From assembly GCA_009908855.1 (NCBI GenBank), contig JAAAOM010000012.1, positions 682 to 64,681 of the forward strand: DNA of 64,000 nt. The letters are read 5' to 3'. The notes under the pieces are model-generated. The model was given only the letters and a program-made list of their open reading frames with translations. It did no database searches and was not told the origin of the DNA. Position numbers and translations under genes: made by a program. The stretch comes from Bacteroidota bacterium (GTDB lineage: Bacteria; Bacteroidota; Bacteroidia; Bacteroidales; JAAAOM01). Positions 1-9,909 of this stretch are shown here, one piece after another; the stretch's first letter is position 1; each line of letters starts with the position of its first letter.

Positions 1-562
1 ATGTAGGAATCCCTTTTTTATTGGCCGTATCCACAACTGTTTTAATAACCTCCGGAGTAATGCATCCTTTGTCGTAATCCTGAAATACGATGGCATCAAA
101 ATCATGCTCGTGCATGAGTTGATTGAATGTTTCAAGATATTGATTTTCAATCTCTTTTCCGAGATAATCAGTAATTTCCTGATCAACACGTAATAGCTGC
201 TGATGATTACTGATGATACGGGTTTTAGATGTGGTTGGCCGACTTTTATCAACCAAAATACCATCGGTCAATAGTTTTCTTTTATCCATTAGCTCCATAT
301 AAGCCTTACCCTTGTCATCATCGCCAATCACAGCACATAAAACGGGTGTAGCGCCCAATGATTGAATATTTAAGGCTACATTAGCTGCTCCACCCAGGCG
401 GTTTTCGCGTGATGAGCAGGAAATAACCGGTACCGGAGCTTCTGGTGATATACGGTCTACTTTACCCCATAAATAGGCATCTACCATCACATCACCGATC
501 ACCATTATCTTTTTGCTACTGAATCTTTTGATTAACTGCTTAACTTCTTCCTTGTTTATCAT
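1..562 (-). CDS. rfaE1: D-glycero-beta-D-manno-heptose-7-phosphate kinase (PfkB family), partial, runs off the window start
   Basis: Manual translation from ATG at 562: MINKEEVKQLIKRFSSKKIMVIGDVMVDAYLWGKVDRISPEAPVPV...GGAANVALN, typical HldE/RfaE kinase motifs. Confidence 0.9.
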   Translation of the reverse strand, partial: MINKEEVKQLIKRFSSKKIMVIGDVMVDAYLWGKVDRISPEAPVPVISCSSRENRLGGAANVALNIQSLGATPVLCAVIGDDDKGKAYMELMDKRKLLTDGILVDKSRPTTSKTRIISNHQQLLRVDQEITDYLGKEIENQYLETFNQLMHEHDFDAIVFQDYDKGCITPEVIKTVVDTANKKGIPT

Positions 563-609
563 TATTTGAAATTTACGGGCACAAATATAAAATATTACGG
601 GTAAACGCC

Positions 610-3081
610 TTAATTTGGGTCAACATCGGCATATACCCGAATTCCTTTTAAATCATCATAAGTCATAATATTTCCAATCTCCTGCCTGAGCCATTTTTTT
701 ACCTGACTAACCGATTTTTCTTTTTCAATTTTGAGGTAAATGTGCTTAATATAATAACTCTGCACCCTGGTAATAACAGGAAACACAGGTCCGACCACCC
801 GATTACCGATTAATTTTTGCATGGCCTTTGCCAACCGGTCGGCTCCTTCTCCAACCTTCGGTTTTTGTTTATGTTTGAGCACAATTTTTATCAGCCTGCA
901 ATAAGGGGGATAGCCAAATTGTTTGCGCTCCATAGCCTGATGCAGGTACATATTCTTGTAATTGTTATTTAATACGTCCTTCAGAATTTGATTTTTGGGG
1001 TCTGAAGTCTGAATAATAACCAATCCCCGCTCCTCTTTTCGTCCTGCCCGGCCACTCACCTGAGCCATAAGCTGAAAACTGCGTTCATACGCCCGATAAT
1101 CGGGAAAAGACAGCATATTATCCGCATTTAGAATACCCACCAAACGCACATTATCAAAATCAAGTCCTTTGGTTATCATTTGCGTTCCAACCAATACATT
1201 GGTGAATCCTGCTTCAAAATCACCAATAATGCGTTCGAAAGACTTTTTTGACCGTGTACTGTCCAGATCAAGGCGTTGAATATTAGCTTCGGGAAGCAGC
1301 AACGACAGGTCCTCCTCGATTTTCTCTGTGCCAAACCCTTTGGTAGTAATGGTTGTATTATTGCATGCGCCACAATGGTTGGGCATTGGTTGGGCATAAC
1401 CACAATAATGACAATTTAAATGCCCGAGCATCTTATGGTAGGTTAAACTTACATCACAATACGGGCATTGGGGAATCCATCCGCATGTTTGGCACTGAAT
1501 GTAAGGAGAAAATCCCCGACGATTTTGAAACAGGATGATCTGCTTGCCTGCAGCAATGGTTTCCTGCATTTTGGCAAGCAATAATGGCGAAAAATGCGCT
1601 CTCATCGTTTTTTGACGATAGGCGCTGCGAACATCAATGATTTTAATTTCAGGTAGTTGTACATTGCCATAACGTTCATTAAGCTCAACCAACCCGTATT
1701 TACCGGTTTGTGCATTGTAATAACTATCTAATGACGGTGTAGCCGTACCCAACAAAATGCGGGCATTAAAATAACCGGCCAGGACAATGGCTGTATCACG
1801 GGCATGATAGCGCGGTGCCGGGTCAAATTGTTTGATTGTAGATTCATGTTCCTCATCTACAATTACCAGTCCTAATTGATGAAAAGGTAAAAACACAGCA
1901 GAACGAACACCCAAAATAACCTGATACGCCTTATCAGGATCAATCATTTTTTGCCAGACTTCTACACGTTCATTATCAGAAAATCTCGAATGATAAACCC
2001 CCACCTTATTGCCGAATACACCATGAAGACGATTCATGATCTGTGTCGTTAGTGCTATTTCAGGCAGGATGTAGAGGGCCTGTTCTCCACTGTCAATAAC
2101 CTCCCGGATGAGCTGAATGTAAATTTCTGTCTTACCACTGGAAGTAACCCCATGCAACAATACCGTTTTCTGCGAATTAAAATATTGCCTGATTTTCTCA
2201 ATAGCTGTTTGCTGATTATCGGTCAGCGGTTTTCGGGTATCATCCAAAGGTTCGGTCCTGTCAAGACGACTGATCTTCTTTTTTTCTACCCGTAACACCC
2301 CTTTTTTTTCAAGTGCTTTCAGGGCCTGTTGTCCGGCATTTGCCTTTTTCAGCAGGTCAGCCTGAAATACCTCTTTAACCGGTTTTTCTCCACTCATCCC
2401 GGTAAGCTCAATAAATGCCATCAGCACTTGTTGCTGCTTAGGTGCTTTACCCAGTTCATCCATAACAGCAAGCATTTTGAATTCATGATCATAATCCGGA
2501 TGTACTTTCACAACATTTACCGTTTTGGCCGCATAGTGATTTTTTACCTGTTCACCTAAAAAAATGGCCTTTTTAGATTGCAAGCCATACACCAAATGTT
2601 GAATTGTTTTACCTTCAAAATTCTTACTTAATTCCTGCAGGCTGAGCGAACCCTGTGATTGGATGTATCCATAAGCACGTTTTTCTTTTTCGGTTAGAAA
2701 GCCAACATCATCGAATTCAGGATTGGAAAAAACCTGCGTTTCACTTTCAATTTTTAAACCCGAGGGCGTGGCCGCCTTGTAGACCTCACCCAGGGTGCAT
2801 AAATAATAATCTCTGATCCATACCCATAATTGCAGCTGTTTTACGGTAGCAATGGGATTTTCATCCAACAGGTCAATAACGGGTTTAATATCAAATCCTT
2901 CCGGTTTTTCATGATGGAGGCGGAGTATGATGCCGGTATACAATTTTCGTTTACCAAATTGAATGGTTACCCTCATGCCGGCCTGAGCCTGATTAAATTG
3001 CTCTTTGGTAAGAAAATAGGTAAAAGTATCCTGTAAGGGCAATGGTAAAATAATGTCTGCAAAATAACGATGATGTTCCAT
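610..3081 (-). CDS. priA: Primosomal protein N' (replication restart helicase)
   Basis: GVTSSGKTE Walker A, DEEH, two Cys4 zinc clusters, QVSGRAGR. Confidence 0.97.
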   Translation of the reverse strand: MEHHRYFADIILPLPLQDTFTYFLTKEQFNQAQAGMRVTIQFGKRKLYTGIILRLHHEKPEGFDIKPVIDLLDENPIATVKQLQLWVWIRDYYLCTLGEVYKAATPSGLKIESETQVFSNPEFDDVGFLTEKEKRAYGYIQSQGSLSLQELSKNFEGKTIQHLVYGLQSKKAIFLGEQVKNHYAAKTVNVVKVHPDYDHEFKMLAVMDELGKAPKQQQVLMAFIELTGMSGEKPVKEVFQADLLKKANAGQQALKALEKKGVLRVEKKKISRLDRTEPLDDTRKPLTDNQQTAIEKIRQYFNSQKTVLLHGVTSSGKTEIYIQLIREVIDSGEQALYILPEIALTTQIMNRLHGVFGNKVGVYHSRFSDNERVEVWQKMIDPDKAYQVILGVRSAVFLPFHQLGLVIVDEEHESTIKQFDPAPRYHARDTAIVLAGYFNARILLGTATPSLDSYYNAQTGKYGLVELNERYGNVQLPEIKIIDVRSAYRQKTMRAHFSPLLLAKMQETIAAGKQIILFQNRRGFSPYIQCQTCGWIPQCPYCDVSLTYHKMLGHLNCHYCGYAQPMPNHCGACNNTTITTKGFGTEKIEEDLSLLLPEANIQRLDLDSTRSKKSFERIIGDFEAGFTNVLVGTQMITKGLDFDNVRLVGILNADNMLSFPDYRAYERSFQLMAQVSGRAGRKEERGLVIIQTSDPKNQILKDVLNNNYKNMYLHQAMERKQFGYPPYCRLIKIVLKHKQKPKVGEGADRLAKAMQKLIGNRVVGPVFPVITRVQSYYIKHIYLKIEKEKSVSQVKKWLRQEIGNIMTYDDLKGIRVYADVDPN

Positions 3082-3142
3082 ACAGATACTTTAAGGCCGG
3101 AACAAAGATAAAGAAATGCTTTCAGGTTAAGGCAAGGTTGTT

Positions 3143-3661
3143 CTAAATCTCATCAAATCCGTCCGGAAGTTTTATCACCAATCTTTTTTTGCGTTTATTG
3201 GCAGACACGATCATATCGGGATGGGCGGGAATGAGTATCATTTCCCCGTTTTCTCTCTCCACTTTAAATAATGGGTTGATATCCGGCGTTTCCAGGTTTT
3301 TTATGAGCCCAACTTTTAGTTTATCGGAAGTAAAAACTTCATAGCCGAGGTATTGAAAAGATGAATTCGATTGCTGAGAGAAGCGCTTATCCATGGTGGT
3401 AAATACCTCGCATCCTATAATTTCCTCAGCCTCTTCTTTTGATTTTATAAACTCAAGCCCAATGATGAATGTATTGGCTGTTTTATCCCTGCACTCATCC
3501 AAAAAAAAAGGAACCGGTTTTCCATCAATGATGATAAAAACCAGTTCCGGTCTCATTTCTTCGTAGTCGGCTAATAAATCGCTTTCCAGTATTACCTGGC
3601 CTTGTACTCCATGTTTTTTAAGAATACGGCCAATGCGAATTTTGTCCGACAAATCAATCAT
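3143..3661 (-). CDS. rimM: Ribosome maturation factor RimM
   Basis: IGRILKKHGVQG N-terminus, LIPA...LPDG C-terminus, directly downstream of rpsP. Confidence 0.9.
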   Translation of the reverse strand: MIDLSDKIRIGRILKKHGVQGQVILESDLLADYEEMRPELVFIIIDGKPVPFFLDECRDKTANTFIIGLEFIKSKEEAEEIIGCEVFTTMDKRFSQQSNSSFQYLGYEVFTSDKLKVGLIKNLETPDINPLFKVERENGEMILIPAHPDMIVSANKRKKRLVIKLPDGFDEI

Positions 3662-3679
3662 ACAATATGATTGATTGGT

Positions 3680-4486
3680 TTACTCCGATTTATCTTTTTT
3701 TTCTTCATCAGCCGGTGCTTCATCCTCTTTGGGTTTTTCTTCCGCACTTGCCTCATCAGTGGATGCTTCGGGAGCAGCTTCTTCTTTGGGTGCTTCCTCT
3801 TCAGCTTTTTCCTCTTTCGCCTCTGCTTTTGGTTTTTCTTCTTCAGCAGGTGCTTCAGCTTTAGCTTCTTCCTTTGCGGGTGCCTCAGTTTTAGCTTCTT
3901 CTTCAGCTGGTGCTTCGGCAGCCTTTTCTTCTTTAGCAGGTGCCTCTTCTGTAGCCGGTGCCTGAGCAGTCTCTTCGGCTGCAGGTTCATCAGATGCTTC
4001 TTTCGTACCTTCTTCAGCAGGCTGATCTGCTAATTTTCTTTTTTCTAATTCAGCCAGGCGTGCTTCATTTTGTTGCGTCTCAATTTCAAGCTGCTTCTGA
4101 CGGGCTTCTGCTTTTTCTTTCTCTGCTTTTTCCTTGCTGGTAAGCTCCTTGTTTTCTTTCTCTTTCAACCAGGCATTGAATTTGGCATCAGCCTGTTCTT
4201 CAGTCAGTGCTCCTTTTCTGATACCGCCTAACAGGTGTTTTTTTAACATCACACCTTGTTTAGATAAAATTGAACGCGCCGTATCACTTGGCTGCGCCCC
4301 TTTAATAACCCAATCTACAGCTTTGTCAAAATCAAGTTCAACAGTAGCAGGGTCGGTCATTGGGTTGTATGTCCCGATACTTTCAATGTACCTGCCATCA
4401 CGTGGCGATCTGCTATCGGCTACCACAATGTGGTAAAATGGTCTCCCTGCACGTCCCCGACGTGCTAAACGGATTCTTGCTGGCAT
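3680..4486 (-). CDS. rpsP: 30S ribosomal protein S16 with long acidic Ala/Glu/Lys/Pro-rich C-terminal tail
   Basis: RIRLARRG...[24 protein letters not shown]16 signature. Confidence 0.97.
   Translation of the reverse strand: MPARIRLARRGRAGRPFYHIVVADSRSPRDGRYIESIGTYNPMTDPATVELDFDKAVDWVIKGAQPSDTARSILSKQGVMLKKHLLGGIRKGALTEEQADAKFNAWLKEKENKELTSKEKAEKEKAEARQKQLEIETQQNEARLAELEKRKLADQPAEEGTKEASDEPAAEETAQAPATEEAPAKEEKAAEAPAEEEAKTEAPAKEEAKAEAPAEEEKPKAEAKEEKAEEEAPKEEAAPEASTDEASAEEKPKEDEAPADEEKKDKSE
3827..3946 (-). repeat. Four 30-nt (10-aa) imperfect tandem units EAPA(K/E)EExxx within rpsP
   Basis: [40 protein letters not shown]. Confidence 0.8.
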
Positions 4487-4530
4487 AATTCTTTGTTTTT
4501 ATTATTTGTTAATGAACCAAATTTGGCCTG

Positions 4531-4538
4531 CAAAGATA
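4531..4538 (-). promoter_or_regulatory. Bacteroidota sigma-A -7 promoter box for rpsP-rimM
   Basis: TATCTTTG on the minus strand (consensus TAnnTTTG), about 45 nt upstream of rpsP. Confidence 0.6.
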
Positions 4539-4771
4539 AAAATTTTATTGAAGATTAATTTGATTTTGAAGGAATTATTCCAAATCAACACAAATTAATC
4601 GCGCATTAGGTAATTCACAATCCGGAAGTCCGTCCCTTTTTCGTGTCCTCCCGGAACAGAGAGGGATATTGGCAGCAATTGAATTTGAGGTTTAATGATT
4701 AAATTACAGCCATGTCAAAACGAACGCTATCAATAAATGGTTTAACATTTTATTGTTTATATATTTGAAGT

Positions 4772-5380
4772 ATGGAGATAATCCGAAAACATATTGAATA
4801 CATAACTATTATTTTCATATTTCAATTTATTGTTTTCAATGTTACTTCCGCTCAGGAAATTGATTTCTACCGACAACTATCCGATTCCGCCCTCATCCTC
4901 ACAAAACAGCATGTGGTGTATGACCCGGGTTACTTTAGCATCGATTACCCGAATGGCGATGTGCCTGAAGGAAAAGGTGTCTGTACCGACGTGATCATTC
5001 GGGCTTACCGGATGTTTGGCATCGATCTGCAAAAAGAGGTGCATGAGGATATGAAAGCACATTTTGAACTCTATCCGAACAACTGGGGATTAAGTAAACC
5101 CGATAAAAATATTGACCACCGGCGCGTACCAAATCTAATGGTGTTTTTTCGCCGTCACGGTCAGGAATTACCAGTTACCCGGGATGCTCAGGATTATTTA
5201 CCGGGCGACATTGTTTGCTGGAACCTGGGAGGTGGCATTACCCACATTGGTTTTGTGGTAAACCAACAATCAGCCGATGACAAACGCCCGTTGATCGTTC
5301 ACAACATTGGTGGCGGCCAGGTGCTGGCTGATTGTTTGTTTGATTATGAGATTATCGGGCATTATCGATATAAGAAATAA
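4772..5380 (+). CDS. DUF1287 (YijF-like) exported protein
   Basis: YDPGY..IDYPNGDVP..GVCTDV, DKNIDHRRVPNL, VHNIG motifs; N-terminal signal. Confidence 0.85.
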   Translation: MEIIRKHIEYITIIFIFQFIVFNVTSAQEIDFYRQLSDSALILTKQHVVYDPGYFSIDYPNGDVPEGKGVCTDVIIRAYRMFGIDLQKEVHEDMKAHFELYPNNWGLSKPDKNIDHRRVPNLMVFFRRHGQELPVTRDAQDYLPGDIVCWNLGGGITHIGFVVNQQSADDKRPLIVHNIGGGQVLADCLFDYEIIGHYRYKK

Positions 5381-5385
5381 CCGCC

Positions 5386-6171
5386 CTATTTATCATTATC
5401 CATTCCAATAATTTCCTTAATCTCCTCTTTTTCTTTGGAAATAGCCCTGCGTTTAATAAAAGTATAATCCTTGATATTCATATCCTCGAACCATTTGGTC
5501 CAGAGCTCCTGAACGCGGTCCCATTCGAGGTCTTCCTCGCGGGGCGCGCCTTCAACCAACACAATATGCAAGTCAGAAAAATCCTGTTTCACCGGTTTAA
5601 GTTTGGTCGGATCATTGCCTACCACCGGATAACCATCGGTAAGAATAAATAAAAAATTATCTGTCAGCGTGTCTTCCGAATAATCGGCTTTTAAATCTTC
5701 GTAAAAATATTTCCAGATATCGGCTCCGTAATAATCATCCGGTGTATTACTAAAAACAGCTTCATCATAAAGTGTATCCAAATTGGCATAAAACTTTTGA
5801 CGCCTTTCTTCCTCATTGGGCCGGCGATAAATATTCCGGATATTCTCCATATTTATAAAAAGCCTGTCCTCAAACAGGTTCGTTGATAAATCGGTTCCTC
5901 TTTGCGGCGCAATTACCACTTTAATCTCATCGCGTGAACGCACATAAAGCTCACTGCGTACTTTTTCTTCAAACAACCTGTAGATGAATTTAATGATCTC
6001 CTTATCACGGTTTGGCTGGTTCTCCTGCACAATCAATCGGTCTGATAAATCCAACAGGACAATGTAGTTATGTTTTGTTGACATTTTATTTTCTCGCTCC
6101 GGTTGAGCAAACTTGCAGGAAGAGAGCATGACAAATGCCAATATGCTCCATATTATATATTGTTTTTTCAT
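5386..6171 (-). CDS. Lipoprotein with VWA-like fold
   Basis: Lipobox LSSC; IVLLDLSDR and FILTDG resemble VWA MIDAS segments. Confidence 0.55.
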   Translation of the reverse strand: MKKQYIIWSILAFVMLSSCKFAQPERENKMSTKHNYIVLLDLSDRLIVQENQPNRDKEIIKFIYRLFEEKVRSELYVRSRDEIKVVIAPQRGTDLSTNLFEDRLFINMENIRNIYRRPNEEERRQKFYANLDTLYDEAVFSNTPDDYYGADIWKYFYEDLKADYSEDTLTDNFLFILTDGYPVVGNDPTKLKPVKQDFSDLHIVLVEGAPREEDLEWDRVQELWTKWFEDMNIKDYTFIKRRAISKEKEEIKEIIGMDNDK

Positions 6172-6197
6172 GGTCTTATTCTTTGGGGTTACTGGTA

Positions 6198-7376
6198 TTA
6201 TTTTTTCTTGCTAATAACTTTTACCGTTCCGGTTTTTATCTGATGTTTGTCCTCAAAATCCTTTTTAGCATGCATACACTGATTTTTAACATCTTTCATA
6301 TTGGCCGGGGCCAGGTATGACAACCATCCGGATGCAAACTGATCGATGTATTTTTTTAAGTTACCCACAAAAACAGTATTAATATCTTCGCGATAATAGG
6401 CAATGTATTTATCGATCTCTTCAATGGGATATAACTTGGCCTGCAACCTTTTTACATCTTCTTTCAGGTGTTTTACAATTCTCTTCAGGTTATATGTTAC
6501 TTGTTTTTTGTCCCATTCACGTAACAACGAATCCAGCAAAATACTCCATATTATGTACACCAGAAATCCCAGGAATAAAATGATGTAAAAAGTAGGACTT
6601 TGTGACAATGGCACTGTATCCAATCCCATCAAATCTTTAGCTGTTTCGGTATTGTTATGTATAATCATGGCCAACAGAAAATCAACAACGAATGTTACAG
6701 CAATCAATAATCCGATAAACAAATATTTTAATTTATGCTCCATCTCAAGCAATACATGGAAAGCCCAGCCAAATGCATAAAAAACAAAAGGTACCAGAAG
6801 CAATAAATAATTGTATTGAAGTGCTTCTGCCAGCTCATAGGCACCAGGCATAATACTGCCCGTGCCAATACCTTCGGCAATGTTGGCGGCAATGGCTTCA
6901 AAATCGGTATAAAGCGCTTTATAGGCAGCTGAAATGTAGAAAAAGAATAAATATACCGACAATGCGGCCAAAATAATAAGGTTTAGGGAGAACTTAAACG
7001 GACTAAATGTTTCTTTTTTAAGTTTTTCATGTTCCTGTTCCCTGCCTTCATGTATATTTAATAACTGTTGACGATAAGTGTCTATTTTTTTCTCCTTCTC
7101 ATCAATTTCTTTTTGGATGGTTTCATTTTGCTTTAGGGTCTCATCGCGCTTTTGTTCAAGCTCTTTCAGTTTTTCTTTACGATCCTTCTTTTCTTCATCC
7201 GAAAAACCTTTATAATCTTCCTCAACCAAATTTCCATCAGCAATACGCTGTAAATAAGTTGAAAAAATTGCCGGATCACCTTTTACTTCACCCGACTTTT
7301 CATATCCAAAATCATAGAGGTTCACCCTGTCAACCGAATGAACCGCTTGTTTGTTGTCAGTGTTCGTTTTGTCCAT
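6198..7376 (-). CDS. Hypothetical membrane protein, coiled coils flanking about 4 TM helices
   Basis: Long ORF; charged heptad region followed by hydrophobic stretches. Confidence 0.7.
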   Translation of the reverse strand: MDKTNTDNKQAVHSVDRVNLYDFGYEKSGEVKGDPAIFSTYLQRIADGNLVEEDYKGFSDEEKKDRKEKLKELEQKRDETLKQNETIQKEIDEKEKKIDTYRQQLLNIHEGREQEHEKLKKETFSPFKFSLNLIILAALSVYLFFFYISAAYKALYTDFEAIAANIAEGIGTGSIMPGAYELAEALQYNYLLLLVPFVFYAFGWAFHVLLEMEHKLKYLFIGLLIAVTFVVDFLLAMIIHNNTETAKDLMGLDTVPLSQSPTFYIILFLGFLVYIIWSILLDSLLREWDKKQVTYNLKRIVKHLKEDVKRLQAKLYPIEEIDKYIAYYREDINTVFVGNLKKYIDQFASGWLSYLAPANMKDVKNQCMHAKKDFEDKHQIKTGTVKVISKKK

Positions 7377-7650
7377 AATAAATTTAATTGTGTTAGTTGG
7401 TTTATTTACGCTTATACAAATTAACGTAAATGTTACACTTAAATCAACCTTACCGACTAATTTGAATAATATTTACAATGCAGGTTGTATCAGGCAGTTA
7501 TTAAAGCCCCAACCTATTTAAGCCAATAGGGAATAATTGAATAATTTACAATAACCTGTTTGGTTTTGCTTTAACAAGTTGGCAGTATGAAAATTTTTAT
7601 TTTGATGGATTAAAAAGTATTTTCGCAGTCAAAATTTTAAAGAAAATACC

Positions 7651-8469
7651 ATGAGCGCCGAATTAAAAGCAACCATTGAAAAGGTATGGGAAAACCGTGA
7701 TTTATTAAAAGACAAGGATATACAAACGCAGGTAAGACACGTTATTGAACAACTTGATAAAGGTGCGATACGAGTAGCCGAACCCGCAAATGATGGATGG
7801 CAGGTGAATGAATGGGTGAAAAAAGCGGTAATATTGTATTTCCCTATTCAACCAATGGAAGTAATCAAAGCCGATCCGTTTGAATTTCACGATAAAATTG
7901 CCCTTAAATCGGGTTATGATCAATTGGGGGTAAGAGTAGTGCCACATGCCATTGCACGCTACGGTTCTTTTGTAGCGAAGGGAGTAATTATGATGCCTTC
8001 GTACATCAATATTGGCGCTTATGTAGACTCAGGTACGATGGTGGACACATGGGCCACAGTGGGATCATGCGCCCAAATAGGTAAAAATGTGCACCTGAGC
8101 GGGGGCGTTGGTATTGGTGGTGTTTTAGAACCCGTGCAGGCAGCACCCGTGATTGTTGAAGACAATTGTTTCATTGGTTCACGATGTATTATTGTGGAAG
8201 GAGCACATGTAGAAACAGAAGCTGTGCTTGGTGCCAATGTGGTAATTACCAAATCAACCCGTGTGATTGATGTTAGCGAAGAAGAGCCCAAAGAATACCG
8301 GGGCTTTGTACCGGCCAGATCCGTTGTAATCCCAGGCTCAATTACTAAAAAATTCCCTGCTGGTGAATACCAGGTGCCGGCAGCCTTGATAATCGGAAAA
8401 CGCAAAGACTCAACCAATTTAAAGACATCTCTCAACGATGCCCTGCGGGAATTTGATGTGGCTGTGTAA
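7651..8469 (+). CDS. dapD: 2,3,4,5-tetrahydropyridine-2,6-dicarboxylate N-succinyltransferase
   Basis: WQVNEWVKKAVILYF, MVDTWATVGSCAQIGKNVHLSGGVGIGGVLEP. Confidence 0.97.
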   Translation: MSAELKATIEKVWENRDLLKDKDIQTQVRHVIEQLDKGAIRVAEPANDGWQVNEWVKKAVILYFPIQPMEVIKADPFEFHDKIALKSGYDQLGVRVVPHAIARYGSFVAKGVIMMPSYINIGAYVDSGTMVDTWATVGSCAQIGKNVHLSGGVGIGGVLEPVQAAPVIVEDNCFIGSRCIIVEGAHVETEAVLGANVVITKSTRVIDVSEEEPKEYRGFVPARSVVIPGSITKKFPAGEYQVPAALIIGKRKDSTNLKTSLNDALREFDVAV

Positions 8470-8522
8470 CGTAATTAAAAGATTACTCGTAAAAGTTATC
8501 ATTTAGATAGTTTTGTGTAGGT

Positions 8523-9332
8523 ATGCGTATTTTAGTGATTCAGTCAGGACCGATTGACACGCTGGTTCAATCAACACCATTGTTAGAAAATCTTAATCAA
8601 AAATTCCCGGATATCCGTATAGATATCATTATCCATCCTGACAATCAGGAATTTTTTGATCACCATCCGTTTATAAAAACCAGTATTTCATGGGATAAAG
8701 CACAGGTGTACAGAAATGCACTGAAGTTAGTGAATCAGTTAAACAAACAGACGTATGATTATATTTTTAATCTCGAAACATCAACTGCTGCGGGATTGTT
8801 AACTTATCTCTTAAAAGGAAAGATTAAAATAGGATTCAGGCCAAACCTGTTTTCTTTTGCCTGTAAGTATAAAATGAACAGACAACAGACCGAAACGGAA
8901 AACATCTATAATAAATTGCTTACACCTATATTTAAGCCTGATGAATTAAAACCAACGGTGTATCCTGATGATCGTAATTTTCACCTGGTTAAACGTTATA
9001 AGAAAGAACCCTATATTTGCATTTCTCCTGTCAGGCATAACGCAATGAACAAGGACAAGGTTGAATCCTGGACACAATTCATCCGGTCGATGAGTACAGA
9101 ATTCAATGTCTATCTGCTGGGACATATCAATGACTGGGAAGATTGTGAAATATTGGTGTATAGCAGCAACCCAAATAAAGTTTATAACTTTGCAGGCAAG
9201 CTGACTCTATTGGAAATAGCCGCACTGTTAAAGGATGCCAACGACAATTTTTTAAACAATCCCGGATTACGAAGTATTGCCGAGGCTATTAATGCCAGTG
9301 TAAATGATCGGAATATACAACAGGCCTCCTAA
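8523..9332 (+). CDS. Glycosyltransferase family 9 (heptosyltransferase)-like, degenerate
   Basis: MRILVIQ start, FPDIRID, NFAGKLTLLEIAALLK; catalytic-site motifs poorly conserved. Confidence 0.65.
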   Translation: MRILVIQSGPIDTLVQSTPLLENLNQKFPDIRIDIIIHPDNQEFFDHHPFIKTSISWDKAQVYRNALKLVNQLNKQTYDYIFNLETSTAAGLLTYLLKGKIKIGFRPNLFSFACKYKMNRQQTETENIYNKLLTPIFKPDELKPTVYPDDRNFHLVKRYKKEPYICISPVRHNAMNKDKVESWTQFIRSMSTEFNVYLLGHINDWEDCEILVYSSNPNKVYNFAGKLTLLEIAALLKDANDNFLNNPGLRSIAEAINASVNDRNIQQAS

Positions 9333-9345
9333 TTAAAAAACCTTC

Positions 9346-9909
9346 ATGCATCAGGAAATAAAAAAAACGGTTGAAATTTTACGAAACGGTGGTGTCATTT
9401 TATATCCCACCGATACAATTTGGGGCATTGGTTGCGATGCCACCAATACGCAGGCCATTGCAAAAATATATAAACTTAAACAACGCCACGATGCCAAGAG
9501 TATGCTTATATTGATGGATTCGCCCAACCGACTGCCACAATACATACAAGAAGTTCCTGAAATTGCCTGGGAATTAATGGAGGTAGCGGACAAACCACTT
9601 ACCATCATTTATCCGGGTGCTAAAAATTTGGCTCCTAATTTACTGGCCGAAGATGGCAGTGTGGGTATACGTATTGCCCATGATGAATTTTGCGAAAACC
9701 TGATTCGTCAATTTAAAAAGCCTATTGTATCTACATCAGCAAATATAAGCGGTCAGCCGGCTCCATCAGGTTATGCTGATATATCTCCGGAAATTGCAGA
9801 AAATGTAGATTATGTAGTACATCACCGGCAGGAAGAACAGAATGCTTCTGCCCCTTCACAAATAATTAAAATAGGTTTAGGCGGTGAAATACAAATCATA
9901 CGCCATTAA
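9346..9909 (+). CDS. tsaC: L-threonylcarbamoyladenylate synthase (Sua5/YrdC)
   Basis: YPTDTIWGIGCDA, STSANISG. Confidence 0.93.
   Translation: MHQEIKKTVEILRNGGVILYPTDTIWGIGCDATNTQAIAKIYKLKQRHDAKSMLILMDSPNRLPQYIQEVPEIAWELMEVADKPLTIIYPGAKNLAPNLLAEDGSVGIRIAHDEFCENLIRQFKKPIVSTSANISGQPAPSGYADISPEIAENVDYVVHHRQEEQNASAPSQIIKIGLGGEIQIIRH

Noticed and set aside
3658-4143. Several overlapping ORFs (Lys/Arg-rich, Phe-rich, Ser/Ala-rich) over the rpsP tail
   Set aside because: Alternate-frame and antisense shadows of a low-complexity repeat
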